In this document: one piece after another, positions 1-12,835 of the stretch
Layout: each line of letters starts with the position of its first letter
How positions within the stretch are numbered: position 1 is the first letter of the stretch
Assembly: GCF_902713615.1 (NCBI RefSeq)
Contig: NC_052158.1
Location: forward strand, 14,876,546 to 14,940,545
DNA: 64,000 bases
From: Scyliorhinus canicula
Lineage: Eukaryota
Direction of reading: 5' to 3'
Notes under the pieces: model-generated
Told to the model about the DNA's origin: nothing
Databases searched by the model: none
What the model saw: the letters and a program-made list of their open reading frames with translations, nothing else
Made by a program: the position numbers and the translations under genes

Positions 1-194
1 GTCTTCTCCTTACATCAGCGTGCTGTCCCAGTACCGTCTCCTCCTCACATCAGCGCGCTGTCCCTGTACTGTCTCCTCCTGACATCAGCGTGCTGTCCCA
101 GTAACGTCTCGTCCTGACGTCAGTGTGCTGTCCCAGTACCGTCTCGTCCTGACGTCAGTGTGCTGTCCCAGTACCATCTCATCCTGACATCAGC
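1..194. repeat. 35-bp minisatellite (gtctcctcctgacatcagcgtgctgtcccagtacc)n, continuing off the window
   Basis: About 5.5 visible units. Confidence 0.9.
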
Positions 195-2504
195 GAAGCA
201 AAAATGTCAGGCATAAAGTTTGAGCAGCATGGATCACGAATGTTGGCCGAATGTGGGTCCCGAAGGATGGCCGGTTGGTAAAAAAGGGTCCCGGGTTAAA
301 AGGTTTGAAAAGCACTGCCGTACTATACCATTTAAATGGGCGCAAAGGTGTCAAGCCAGCGATGCAGACTAGTTTGCAAAGATGTGTGGGGTTTGAGACT
401 TTTTCCTGGTGGCCATCCAAGTCGTGGGCCTCATACTCAGCCCCCCCCCCCCCTCTGTATTTGGAGGGATTTATCGAGGCTTCAAATGTCGACTTATATG
501 CTAACGTCTACTGTACCACTCTCACTTGACCGTCTGTCAAGTTTTCATTGTTAAGAACGTGACTTGTGCAATCCCCTTCACAGTAAAATGCCGAGGTGCT
601 TCACCACTGTTTATCTCTTGCCTTCGCCCTGCATCCTCCCATAGTCAGTCACCCAATACATCCATTCTCATGATACGCTGCCTTCCCCAAGGGGAGTGTA
701 AATAAAGTGAACAGGATTCTACTTGTTTCCCTAGTAGACGATTCTCGACGGCCAAATAGGACAATTTGGTCCATCTCCAATGTTTTTACGATGGATAAAT
801 GAACGTAGTCAAGGAAAATTAGACAAGCCATACTTCTCAACTCCCCTATAATTGCCAAAGCGGCCTGCTCCATCAATCCACCACTGATGTACAGTGTACA
901 CTATCTACGAGATGCACTGCAGCAAATTCACCAAGGCTCCGTAGGCGGCACCTTTCAAACCCACAACCGTTACCATCTAGAAAGACAAGAGCAGGAGACA
1001 TATGGTGACACGCCATTTGCAAGTTCTCCACCAAGATAGGGTGGCACGATGGTTAGCACTGTTGCCTCACGGCACCAAGGACCCGGGTTCGATCCCGGGT
1101 CACTGCCCATGTGCAGTTTTCACATTCTTCCTGTGTTTGCGTGGGTCTCACCCCCATAACACAAAGATGTGCAGGGTAGGTGGATTGGCCACGCTAAATT
1201 GTCCCTTAATTGGAAAAAATTATTGGGTACTCTAAATTTTATTTAAAAGAAGAAAAAACTTCTCCTCCAAGTCTTTCACCACCCTGACTTGGAGATACAC
1301 CATCATTGCTCGGTAAATATCCTGGAAATCCCTCATCACCCCTACATTACAACAGTTCAAGGCAGCAGCTCACCAACACTTTCTCAATGGCAATCAGGGG
1401 TGATATTTGTTAACATCACATGCCTTATGAACATAGAACGGAGGCCATTCGGCCCATTGAGACTGCACCGACCCACTTCCACCCTATCCCCGTAACCCAA
1501 TAACCCCATCTAACCTTTTTGGACATAAGGGCAATTTATCTTGGCCAATCGACCCTAACCTGCACGCCTTATGAACAATTGAAAATTAGAGGGCACAGAC
1601 AGGAACAATGAAACTGCCATAATTGGTTGCACATTGGTCAAGTACTTTTATCCCATTTTATTGTCCAGGATGTGAAATTGTCAAGCACATGACAATGTAT
1701 TTCGAAACACATTTTTACATTAAAAAAGAAAATGCAGGGTGGGGTGTGTTCATGGATGAAATGAACTGCAGAAAAGTGCCACCCGTTGCAGGAGCAGATA
1801 ATGAAGGCAGGTCTCATCCCGTACGCCTTTGCAATTAGTAGTCTCCTCTTCCATGTTGACTGCTGACTACAGCGAGTTTAAAAAGTGCCCCATTTTCGTT
1901 AACCATTTCAAGAGGAGAAACACTACCCTTCCATTTTAAACGGGGTTGAAAGATTTTCCCTTCTCCCGATCACGGATCAGCCATGATCTGACCGACTTGC
2001 AGCCCTGGTTCGAAGGACTCCGACCACCTCTGTGCTCTCCATGATCTAAGATGACTGAGAAACTTTCCAGTATCAGACCGGAGTGAACTTAAAAAAAAAA
2101 AGGAGCAATGCAACTGCCCGCAGTGGCAAGAGCCTGGAACTGAGTCCCACAGGGAACGCTGGAAGCCAATGGCATGGATGCAATTAAGGGGCAGCTCGCT
2201 CAACATTGCAGGGCAGGGAGGGGAGGGGCGGGGGTCACGGTAATAGATTTAGACGAGAAGAGAGGGCAGGAGGCTCCAGGCCACCGGAACAGGCTAACGA
2301 CCGGACATACTTTGTCATCTTTTTCTTTCAATTCATTAAACAGCAATTTGTAGGAATTTGCCAAAGCGCCAGATAGTTGATCAGAGCAGCTAAATTAACC
2401 CCTCGGACAGTCCATTACTTTCCTGCCTCCGTCACGATGTTGGGTGTCAGCCCCCCCCCCCCCCCCCCCTCCCCCTCCCCCCCCGCAAAAAACCTGGGTC
2501 ATCT

Positions 2505-2900
2505 TCCCAGTCAGAAGGCTGTGGGTCCGAGGCCAGATCAGATGCTCGAGTCCCAGGGTGACACTCCCGCTGCCTTACTGAGGGAGTGCCACACCGCCAC
2601 AGGTACTGGCTCTTGGATGAGAAGCCGAATCGAAGCCCCCCCCCCCCCCCCTCCCCCTGCCAAAGTGGATGTAAAAGGTCCCGCAGCATTATTTCTCCTC
2701 GCCCCTGGCCAAATATTTATCCCTCTTTTGAAAAAAAAATGATCTGCTCGCTAATCGGATTATGGGAACTTGCTGTGTGGGAATTAATTGACACGTTACA
2801 ATAGCATTCACACTTCAAAATAAAAACGTCATTGGTTGCAAAGCGCCCGGAGTCTTCCTGAGGGAATGAGAGGTGCTACACAAACGCAGCCGGTCCTCTC
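2505..2900 (+). mobile_element. Old Deu-domain SINE (SacSINE1/AmnSINE-like). Other copies about 17160-17525(-), 22690-23075(+), 29095-29505(-)
   Basis: agtcagaagg..gacactcc..actgagggagtgc..ggatgag..gtggatgtaaaa..cctggccaa.atttatccctc..tgggaacttgctgtg motif series. Confidence 0.7.
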
Positions 2901-3968
2901 TTTGACCTGCGCAGCGGTTTAAGCCACTGTCCACTGCCAGAAACACCGTTAGGTAAGAAGTCACCTATATTACTGACGGCTGTTTCTCGGGAGAGGGCAG
3001 AGCTTTTTTAATTTCTTCAACAAGCCCCGGTGTCACAATTAGCTTCTTGGTTTCGTGTCAGAGGGTGGGAGACAGGAAGTCTGTTAGTGGTCGGTGGTTG
3101 AGATGGAGGGGAAGCCCGTCTTCAAACGCACAAGAGGTGAAATGTGCCCCCAGCGAGAGCCACTGTGGGTTTTCTGTTCCTCGACTGTTGAGAGTTCCAC
3201 AAAGTGCTGAATAGAAAAATAAAAATCCGAGCACTGTAAATAGAGATGGTTCACTTTCAATTGAACCACACCGCCCTTTCGTAATCTACTGTAAAGCCAA
3301 ATCTGTCATATCGAGACTGTCTGGCTGAATGGAAAGTGTGTGCCAGACAGGGAGGGCCAGGCTGGAGGGGTTGGGGTGGATGAGGAGGTAAATTATGGAA
3401 TATTCCAAGTCACTTCATGCATCTTCTCCCCTTACAGCAAACAGAACCAGCAGACATCCTGGAAGCAGGCACAGTTTTGGGCGAGGGTAGCAAGGAGCAG
3501 CCGCTGATAAGGCGCCATTCTGCTTTGTGGGAATTCCACTCTCTCCGTTGGAGTCAATAACTCCAGGCCCGGGGTGGGGGGTACGACCAGGGGGAACGCA
3601 TCTTTCAGCTCACCCTGCCCAGCCCGAGGAGTACGAAGGCAGCCTCACCTCGGCACAGGGAATGGCGTCTTGCCCCTGGAGGGCCTGCAAGTCCCAGTCA
3701 GTCAGCACCCCAAACCAAAGTGCAAACGTGCTCTGGGCGGGTTACGGCAGAGAGGAACGGCAGAGGCTCAGAGGTGTCCTATACCCACCACATGAATACC
3801 AAATCGAGGAGGAAGCAGTTTGAATTTTCTGGAATTAGAGATAGCGTTCTGCAGTCCAAGTTGCACCGGAGAGAAATGATTTTTTTTTTTTTTTAAATGA
3901 AAAGGCACGACCCGCCCTGTCACAATCTCCAGCAACACTCCTCCCTCACTCCCATCGCTCTGAGGAAG

Positions 3969-4108
3969 TTAGGACGCGGAGATGCCTGCGCTGTGGGGAG
4001 GGACCGTCATCGGAGGCAGAAACATGGACTTGAGCTTGGCGGACATGGCCGCTATCTCGGGGTCCTGTCCTTCGTAGGTCTTGATGATTCTCGCAAACTT
4101 CAGCACAC
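3969..4108 (-). CDS. C12orf57: C12orf57 coding exon 3: (G)VLKFARIIKTYEGQDPEIAAMSAKLKSMFLPPMTVPPHSAGISAS*
   Basis: Matches the C10 C-terminus (GVLKFARL.K.YE.QDPEIA...KLK..FLPPMT.PPH). Acceptor ttcaaag. Total CDS 64+177+140=381 nt = 126 aa plus stop. Confidence 0.95.
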
Positions 4109-5304
4109 CTTTGAATGACAAAAAGGAGAAACGGGAAAATAAGCGTCGATGCTCAAAGAGACATGGGGGCAACATGTGCAAGGAACTCAGAAAGCTGGCA
4201 TGCATGCACAGCAGACCATTAGGAAGGCAATAGAATTTGCAGTGCAGAAAGAGGCCATTCAGCCCATCAAGTCTGCACCAGCCCTTGGAAAGAGCACTCT
4301 ACTTGAGCCCACACCTTCACCCTATCCCCTTAAACCACCTAATCTTTTTGGACACTGAGGGCAATTTAGCTTGGCCAATCCACCTAACCTGCACATCTTT
4401 GGACTGTGGGAGGAAACCGGAGCACCCGGAGGAAACCCACGCAGACACAGGGAGAACGTGTAGACTCCGCACAGACAGTGACCCAAGCCAGGAATCGAAC
4501 CTGGGTCCCTGCAGTTGTGAAGTAACTGTGCTAACCACTGTGCTGCAGTGCCGCCAATGTTGGTCTTTAGTGCGAAGGGGTTGGAGCAGACGAATAAGGA
4601 AGGCTTGTCGCGAGTGTACAGGGGTTCGATGAGATCACACCTGGACTGCAGGGTGTAGTCTCGGTCTCCAGATTTAAGGATCTACTTGCATGGGGGGGGG
4701 TGATACAGCTGAGGTTTGGAACTCACTACCCCAGAGTGTTGTGAGTGCTCCACCGTTGAATATATTTAAGGCTGGGACAGGCAGATATTTGCTCTCTCAG
4801 GGAATCAAGGGGAGCGGGCGGCAAATGACATCCAGGCCGAAGATCAGCCACCATCATATTGAATGGCAGAGCAGGCTCCATGGGCCTACTCCTGTTATGT
4901 TCTTACCCAGCCCTTAGTAACACACTTGTGTCTTACACCCCGAGGCTCAACAGCCTGAAGTGCGTGTGCTTCAGGCGGGTCTGGTTCCTCACCGCGTCCT
5001 TAAAGGGTTAAATGAGGATCAGTTTGCACGGGTTCAGCTTGTGCTCCTTTGAGTTGGGGAGGGCGATTTCATCGTAGTTAAAAAGATCCCAAAGGGTCGA
5101 TCAAGAGAAATAATTTCCTCTGACGAGGAGAGTCCTGAACAAGGGGGTAACCAGAGCTGGGGCAGTGTCAGGGGGCACCTCTTTACAAGAGTAACAGACA
5201 ATCACTGGAATGCTATGCTACGTAGTTCAGACAGTCCAATGGTGATTACTGATTTAGTTCCTCGGTTATTGAGTTTTACAACTTCATTACGAGAGGATCT
5301 AACC

Positions 5305-6510
5305 AGTCGTCGCCCCCTGACATTCAACGGCATCATCATCGCTCAATCCTGCACTCTCAAAATCCTGGGAGGGATGGGGGGGGGGGGGGGGGGTTTACCA
5401 TTGACCAGAAACTGAACCGGACTAGTCATATCAATACTTTGGCTACCAGAGCAGGTCAGAGGCCAGGAATCCTACGGCGAGTAACTCACTTCCCGACTCC
5501 CCAAAGCTTGTCCAGCATCTACAAGGTACCAGTCAGGAGTGAGATGGAATACTTTCCACTTGCCTGGATGAGTGCAGCTCCAACAACACTCAATAAGCTC
5601 GACACCATCCAGGACAAAGCAGCCCCGCTTGATTGCTACCCCTTCCACAAACATTCAATCCCTCCATCACTGACAAACTGTAGCAGCCGTGTGTAACATC
5701 TACAAGATGCACTGTAGGGACTCACCAAGGTTCCTAAGGCAGCACCTTCAACAACTGGGGAACAGGACTTCCACGACATGCCCAGGAACAGGAGGACCCC
5801 ACTTAGTCCCTTAAGCCTGTTTCGCTATTCAAGGAGATCATGGCTGATCTGTGCCACAGATCCATCCAACCACCCTCCCCCCCCACTCCCCCCCCCCCCC
5901 CCAGTCCCTATCGCTTCATACACTTACTCAGCAAAAAAGATCTTTTTGAACATTTCTGTTGCTCCCTTTTGCTCTCACAGCCTTTTGCTGCTGAGAAAGT
6001 TCCAGATTGTCCGTCACTCTTGTAAAGAGGTGCCTCCTGACACTGCCCCAGCTCTGGTTACCCCCCTTGTTCAGGACTCCCCTTGTCAGAGGGAATTATT
6101 TCTCTTGATCGACCCTTTGGGATCTTTTTAACAACGATTAAATCACCCTCCCCACGACTGCCACCATCTGGAAGGACAAGGGAACACCACCACCTGGAGG
6201 TTCCCTCCAAGTCACTCACCACCCTCATTTGAAATGAAATGAAAATCGCTTATTGTCCCAAGTAGGCTTCAATGAAGTTACCGTGAAAAGCCCCTAGTCC
6301 CCACATTCCGGCCCCTGTTCAGGGAGGCTGGTACGGGAACTTGGAAACATAGCAGCCATTCCTTCACTGTCGTTGGGTCAAAATGCTGAAGCTCCCTCTC
6401 TAACAGCACAGGGACTGCAGCGGTTCAATGCAGCCGCCCACCACCATCTTGTCAAGAGCAATTAGGGATGGGAAATAAACACTGGCTTAGCCACATCCTG
6501 CGAAAGAATT
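5305..6510 (+). mobile_element. CR1/L2-group LINE 3' fragment with nested insertions, in C12orf57 intron 2
   Basis: LSSIYKVPVRSEMEYFPLAW..KLDTIQDKAA thumb-domain motif. Related pieces at about 850-1420, 27970-28180 and 53130-53430. Confidence 0.7.
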
Positions 6511-7185
6511 TAAATAAATTTCTTTGACCGAGATGTTTCCACTCAAGCCTGAAGACTGGAACATGCCAAGAAATAGGTGGTTGGCTGCTGTTGCCCCACT
6601 TGGGTGACAGGGATTGGAGGTGATTGAAAACGTTCCCCGTCCCTGTCCTTACAATTCCACTAAAATTCATCTCATGGCTCACAACTGACAGTCCACCTAA
6701 AACCTACTATCAGTGCAACTCCTCGGTGGAACGCACCAGCTTAGAGGACAGATTTGGGTTGGGGGGGGGGGGGGGGGGGGGGGGGGGGCTGCGGCTCCAG
6801 TAGTGCAGCTCCTGCTGTGCTCCAGTGTGGAGCTTGGGGAATCAGTGGCGTGTTCTCGAGCGCAGGGAGTGGGTGGGCTCCAGCATCCCACAAGTCCCGA
6901 AAGACGCGCTGTTCGGTGAACTGGACATTCTGAATTCTCCCTCTGTGTACCTGAACAGGCACCGGAATGTGGCAACTAGGGGCTTTTCACAGTAACTTCA
7001 TTGCAGTGTTAATGTAAGCCTACTTGTGACAAAGATTATCATTTTGGGGGTAAGGGGGGTATGCTCCAGTGTGGGGAAGGGGATACCAGCATTGGGGTAA
7101 GTGGGTGGGTGCTCCAGTGTGGGGGAACAGTCTCCAGTGTGGTGGGGGCTCCAGTTAGATTCCAACACGCCACACTAACACTTGC

Positions 7186-7362
7186 CTTCTCCATCATTAC
7201 TGAAGCCGTACGATTTGATAACATCCTGCTGGATCTGGGTTGCCACAGGCAATATAAACTGCAGCATCTTGCCCATGTCGTTACAGGCGTTGTCCCGAGC
7301 CTCCTCCATTCTCATTGCATTATCGGGGGAAGCAAAGGCCTTGATCACTTCAGTTAAAACCA
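7186..7362 (-). CDS. C12orf57: C12orf57 coding exon 2: (V)VLTEVIKAFASPDNAMRMEEARDNACNDMGKMLQFILPVATQIQQDVIKSYGFSNDGE
   Basis: Nearly identical to the recognised C10 core (ARDNACNDMGKMLQF.LPVATQIQQ). Polypyrimidine acceptor ttcctcag. 177 nt, phase 1-1, donor G|gcaagt (GC). Confidence 0.95.
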
Positions 7363-7594
7363 CTGAGGAAAGGAGAGAGAGAGAGAAACAGTGTGAATAT
7401 CACAGAGAGAGAGAGAAAAATAAGAAAAGATGGATGGAAAAGCCACTGGACATCAACTGGACAACATAGAGTGTTCACATTCTTGGACAGAGTTGTCTCT
7501 AAAATTCCAAATTATAACTGAACGTCAAAACGAGACCAAACCCAAGGGCCAGCGTGGAGCCCAGATTCTGGACCATTCTCTCCATTACTGCCCT

Positions 7595-9140
7595 CTCCAC
7601 TCCCTCCATCATCCCTGAGCTCTTCTCGTCTCCCTCAATCATCCCCGGCCTCTCCTCTTCCTCCATCACCACTTACCTCTCCTCCGCTCCCTCCATCCCC
7701 GGCCTCTCCTCTCATCATCCCCGGCCTCTTCTCCTCTCCCTCCATCCCCGACTCTCCTCTCCCCTCCATCCCCGGCCTCTTCGCCGCTCCCTCCATCCCC
7801 GGCATCTCCTCTCCCGTTCATCATCCCCGGCCTCTTCTCCTCTCCCTCCATCCCCGAATCTCCTCTCCCCTCCATCATCCCCAACCTCTCCTTTCCCTCC
7901 ATCTCCGGCCACTCCTCTCCCTCCATCCCCGGCCTCTCCTCTCCCTCCATCCCCGGCCTCTCCCTCCTCTCCATCCCCGGCCTCTCCCTCCCCTCCATCC
8001 CCGGCCTCTCCCTCCAACCCCGGCTCCCCTCTCCCTCCATCCCCGGCCTCTCTTCTCCCTCCATCCCCGGCCTCTCCCCTCCCTCCATCATCCCCGACCT
8101 CTCCTTTCCCTCCATCCCCGGCCACTGCTCTCCCTCCATCCCCGGCCTCTCCTCTCCCTCCATCCCCCGGCCCTCTCCTCTCCCTCCATCCCCGGCCTCT
8201 CCATCCCCGGCCTCTCCTCTCCCTCCATCCCCGGCCTCCCCTCTCCCTCCATCTCCGGCCTCCCCTCTCCCTCCATCTCCGGCCTCCCCTCTCCATCCCC
8301 GGCCTCTCCCTCACCTCCATCCCCGGCCTTTCCTCTCCCTCCATCCCCGGCCTTTCCTCTCCCTCCATCCCCGTCCTCTCCTCTCCCTCCATCCCCGGCC
8401 TCTCCTCCCCTCTCCATCCCGGCCTCTCTCCCCTCTCCATCCCCGGCCTCTCCCTCACCTCCATCCCCGGCCTTTCCTCTCCCTCCATCCCCGGCCTTTC
8501 CTCTCCCTCCATCCCCGGCCTCTCCTCTCCCTCCATCCCAGGCCTCTCCTCTCCCTCCATCCCCCGGCCTCTCCTCTCCCTCCATCCCCCGGCCTCCCCT
8601 CTCCCTCCATCCCCCGGCTCTCCCTCCATCCCTGCCCTCTCCCTCCTCTCCATCCCCGGGCCTCCCCTCCCCCTCCATCCCCGGGCCTCCCCTCCCCCTC
8701 CATCCCCGGGCCTCCCCTCCCCCTCCATCCCGGGCCCTCCCCTCCCCTCCATCCCCGGGCCTCCCTCCCCTCCATCCCCGGGCCTCCCCTCCCCCTCCAT
8801 CCCCGGGCCTCCCCTCCCCCTCCATCCCCGGGCCTCCCTCCCCCTCCATCCCCGGGCCTCCCCTCCCCCTCCATCCCCGGGCCTCCCCTCCCCCTCCATC
8901 CCCGGGCCTCCCCTCTCCCTCCATCCCCGGGCCTCCCCTCTCCCTCCATCCCCGGGCCTCCCCTCTCCCTCCATCCCCGGGCCTCCCCTCTCCCTCCATC
9001 CCCGGGCCTCCCCTCTCCCTCCATCCCCGGGCCTCCCCTCTCCCTCCATCCCCGGGCCTCCCCTCTCCCTCCATCCCCGGGCCTCCCCTCTCCCTCCATC
9101 CCCGGGCCTCCCCTCTCCCTCCATCCCCGGGCCTCTCCTC
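7595..9140. repeat. 24-25-bp polypyrimidine minisatellite (ccccgggcctcccctctccctccat)n filling C12orf57 intron 1
   Basis: Directly visible tandem array that is more homogeneous towards exon 1. Confidence 0.95.
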
Positions 9141-9146
9141 CTTCAC

Positions 9147-9210
9147 CTTTCGCCTGCTCCAGGCTCAGTCCGGCCGGCGGCTGTTGCTGCTGCTGTTGAG
9201 CCGCCGCCAT
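9147..9210 (-). CDS. C12orf57: C12orf57 (protein C10/GRCC10) coding exon 1: MAAAQQQQQQPPAGLSLEQAK, phase-1 end
   Basis: ATG at 9210-9208. The peptide resembles the human C10 N-terminus (..PAALSAEQAK). Donor AAAG|gtgaag, 64 nt, joins exon 2 in frame. Confidence 0.9.
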
Positions 9211-9289
9211 GTCACCGTCTTGGTGCCGGAGAGAAATCCAGCTCCAGGTCCCGGAGCAGCCCGGCCGCCTGGGCCGCAACTCGGAGCGA

Positions 9290-11335
9290 TAGAGGCCGGA
9301 GGAGCAGGCCCGGCAACAGCTCCACCCAGAGGCCGGAGGACCGCACCCGGGAACAGCTCCACCTAGAGGCTGGAGGAGCAGGCCCGGGAACAGCTCCACC
9401 CAGAGGCCGGAGGAGCAGGCCCGGGAACAGCTCCACCCAGAGGTCGGAGTACCGCGCCCGGGAACAGCGCCACCCAGAGGCCGGAGGCCCGCACCCGGGA
9501 ACAGCTCCACCCAGTGGCCGGAGGAGCAGGCCCGGGAACAGCTCCACCCAGAGGTCGGAGTACCGCGCCCGGGAACAGCGCCACCCAGAGGCCGGAGGCC
9601 CGCACCCGGGAACAGCTCCACCCAGAGGCCCGTACCTGGGAACAGCACCACCTAGATGCCGGAGGACCGCACCCGGGAACAGCTCCTCCCGCAGTCGGAG
9701 GACCAATCCCGCAACGAGGAGCCGAGCCGCCCGCAGGTCGGAGGACCGATCCCGCAGCCGCGAACAGCGCCACCATCAGGTCGGAGAACCGGCCCGTCAG
9801 CAGGGAATGGCGCCACCCGCAGGTCGGAGAACCGATCCGTTATCAGGGAACAGCGCCACCCGCAGTCAGAGGACCGATCCCGCAGCTGGGAACAGCGCCT
9901 CCCGCAGGTCGGAGGGACGATCCCGCAGCGGGGAGCAGCGCCGCCCACAGGTCGGAGGACCGATCCTGCAGTGGGGAACAGCGCCACCCGCAGTCGGAGG
10001 ACCGATACCGCAGCCGGAACAGCGCCACCCGCAGTCGCGGGACCGATACCGCAGCCACGAACAGCGCCACCCGCAGTCGGAGGAGCGAGCCCGCAGCCGG
10101 GAACAGCGCCACTCGCAGTCGGAGGACCGATCCCGTAGCCGGAACAGCGCCACCCGCGGGTCGGAGGACCGATCCGTCAGCGGGGAACAACGCCACCCGC
10201 GGGTCGGAGGAGCGATCCTGCAGCGGGGAGCAGCGCCACCCGCAGTCGGAGGACCGATCCCGTAGCCGGAACAGCGCCACCCGCGGGTCGGAGGACCGAT
10301 CCGTCAGAGGGGAACAGCGCCACCCGCAGTCGGAGGATCGATTCTGCAGCGGGGAACAGCGCCACCCGCAGTCGGAGGACCGATTCTGCAGCCGGGAACA
10401 GCGGCACCCGCAGTCGGAGGACCGATCCCGTAGCGGGAACAGCGCCGACCGCGAGTCGGAGGACCGATCTGTCAGCGGGGAACAGCGCCACCCGCGGGTC
10501 AGAGGAGCGATCCTGCAGCGGGGAGCAGCGCCGCCCACAGGTCGGTGGACCGATCCCGCAGCGGGGAACAGCGCCACCCGCACAGCGCCTCCCGCAGGTC
10601 GGAGGACCGCACCCGGGAACAGCACCACCCGGAGGACCACACCCGGGAACAGCACCACCCAGAGGCCGGCGGACCGCACCCAGGAACAGCTCCACCCAGA
10701 GGCTGGAGGAGCGGGCCCACACCCGGGAGCAGCTCCACCCAGAGGTCGGAGGCCCGCAACCGGGAACAACACCACCCAGAGGCCCGCACCCGGGAACAGC
10801 TCCACCCGGAGGCCGGCACCCGGGAGCAGCGCCACCCGCAGTCGGAGGACCGATCCCGCAGCCGGAACAGCGCCGCCCGCAGGTCGGAGGACCGAGCCCA
10901 CAGCCGCAAACAGCGCCGCCCGCAGGTCGGATGACCGATCCTGCAACAAGGAGCAGAGCCGCCCGCAGGTCGGAGGACTGATCCCGCATCCGCGAACAGC
11001 GCCACCATCAGGTCGGAGAACCGACCCGTCAGCAGGGAACCGCGCAGGTCGGAGGACCGAACCCGCAACCGCGAACAGCGCCACCATCAGGTCGGAGGGA
11101 CGATCCCGCAGCCGGGAACAGCGCCGCCCGCAGGTCGGGGGACCGATCCCGCAGCCGGGAACAGCGCCACCATCAGGTCGGAGGGACGATCCCGCAGCCG
11201 GGAACAGCGCCGCCCGCAGGTCGGTGGACCGATCCCGCAGCCTGGAACAGCGCCACCATCAGGTCGGAGGGACGATCCCGCAGCCGGGAACAGCGCCACC
11301 CGCAGGTCGGAGGGACGATCCCGTAGCGGGGAACG
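9290..11335. repeat. CpG-rich compound minisatellite (37-bp and 41-43-bp units, core gggaacagcgccacccgcagtcggaggacc) just upstream of the C12orf57 ATG
   Basis: Unit spacing 37 bp at 9351/9388 and 42 bp at 10021/10063/10105. Confidence 0.95.
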
Positions 11336-11809
11336 GGTGTAGAGGAGGTGTGAATGGCAACAGAATACACTCTAATGTTGGAGTAGTATTTATGGTTCTG
11401 GAATTGTTGACCTCAATGTTGTCAGGTTCCTCAGGGGTGAAGATGAGAAAATGTTCCGGGGGCTTCACCGTCGGTCAATATGAGTGAGTCTCCGTGCCCA
11501 CAAACCGTGTGACAATTCCTGCCACCTGCTGTCCCAGCCTCCGGTTGGCGAGTTCCTGCTTCTCTCTAGTGGAAAACAGCACCTCATCTTCCAATTAGTG
11601 TGAAGAATGTATTCAATGTATCTGATGTAGATTTGATGGGCCAGAAGACCTCCTCCTTCGTTGTAGGGATTCTATGGATTCTATTCAATGTAAAACCCTA
11701 GATTAGGGTGTGTCCAGTGTTTTCCTTTCTTCCATTGATCCATTTTTCCCTCACCATTGTGCCCATTTCCCCCCACTCCACTTGGGTCATCTGTTCCTAG
11801 TTGCCCTTT

Positions 11810-12835
11810 AAGAAGTCTTACAACACCAGGTTAAAGTACAACAGGTTCAGACCATAAGACCATCTATCTCCGTCTCAAACGCACTCAGCGATTTGGCCTC
11901 CACAGCCTTCTGCGGCAAAGAGTTCCACAGATTCACCACCCTCTGGCTGAAGAAATTCCTCCTCATCTCTGTTTTAATCTGAGTCTGATATGATGTCCTC
12001 TGGTTCTAGTTTTTCTGACAAGTGAAAACATCCACTCCACATCCACTCTATCCAGGCCTCGTAGTATCTTGTAAGTTTCAATAAGATTCCCCCCTCATCC
12101 TTCTAAACTCCAACGAGTACAGACCCAGAGTCCTCAACTGTTCCTTATATGACAAGTTCTTCATTCCAGGGATCATTCTTGTGAACGTCCTCTGGACCCT
12201 TTCCAGGGGCCAGCACATCCTTCCTTAGATACGGGGCCCAAAACTGCTCACAATACTCCAAATGGGATCTGACCAGAGCCTTATACAGCCTCAGAAGTAC
12301 ATCCCTGGTCTTGTATTCTCGCCCTCTAGACATGAATGCTACCATTGCATTTGCCTTCTTAACTGCCGACTGAACCTGCACATTAACCTGTAGAGAATCA
12401 TGAACAAGGACTTCCAAGTCCCTTTGTGCTTCTGATTTCTTAAGCATTTCCCCATTTAGAAAATAGTCTATGCCTAAATTCCTCCTTCCAAAGTGCGTAA
12501 CCTCACACTTTTCACATTGTATTTCATTTGCCACTTCATTGCCCACTCTCCTAGCTTGACCAAGTCCTTCTGCAGCTCCCTTGCTTCCTCAATACTACCT
12601 GTCCCTCTACCAATCTTTGTATCATCTGCAAATTTAGCAACAGTGCCTTCAGTTCCTTCTTCCAGATAATTAATGTATATCGTGCAAAGTTGTGGTCCGG
12701 GCATCAGGTGACTCACCAGCTGAAGGAGCTACACTCCGAAAGCTAGTGATCCAAACAAACCTGCTGGACTTTAACCTGGTGTTGTAAGACTTCTTACTGT
12801 GCCCACCCCAGTCCAACGCCGGCATCTCCACGTCA
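11810..12835. mobile_element. Penelope-like element remnant with inverted ends, hosting the CR1 fragment
   Basis: agaagtcttacaacaccaggttaaag at 11811 is inverted as ctttaacctggtgttgtaagacttct at 12769. Flanked by a 12-bp direct repeat tagttgcccttt (11798 and 12836). Contains a hammerhead-like motif. Confidence 0.65.
11850..12702 (-). mobile_element. CR1 LINE 3' fragment (RT C-terminus)
   Basis: AKFADDTK and LVRSHLEYCEQFWAPYLRKD with frameshifts. Confidence 0.88.

Noticed and set aside
200-3900. Expected PTPN6 first exon downstream of C12orf57, by human synteny
   Set aside because: No recognisable PTPN6 coding exon was found. The short ORFs here are repeat-derived or featureless.
7554-11487. 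Long ORFs of 903, 657, 469 and 414 aa
   Set aside because: They are translations of stop-poor GC-rich minisatellites, open in several frames on both strands, and they overlap the real C12orf57 exon 1.
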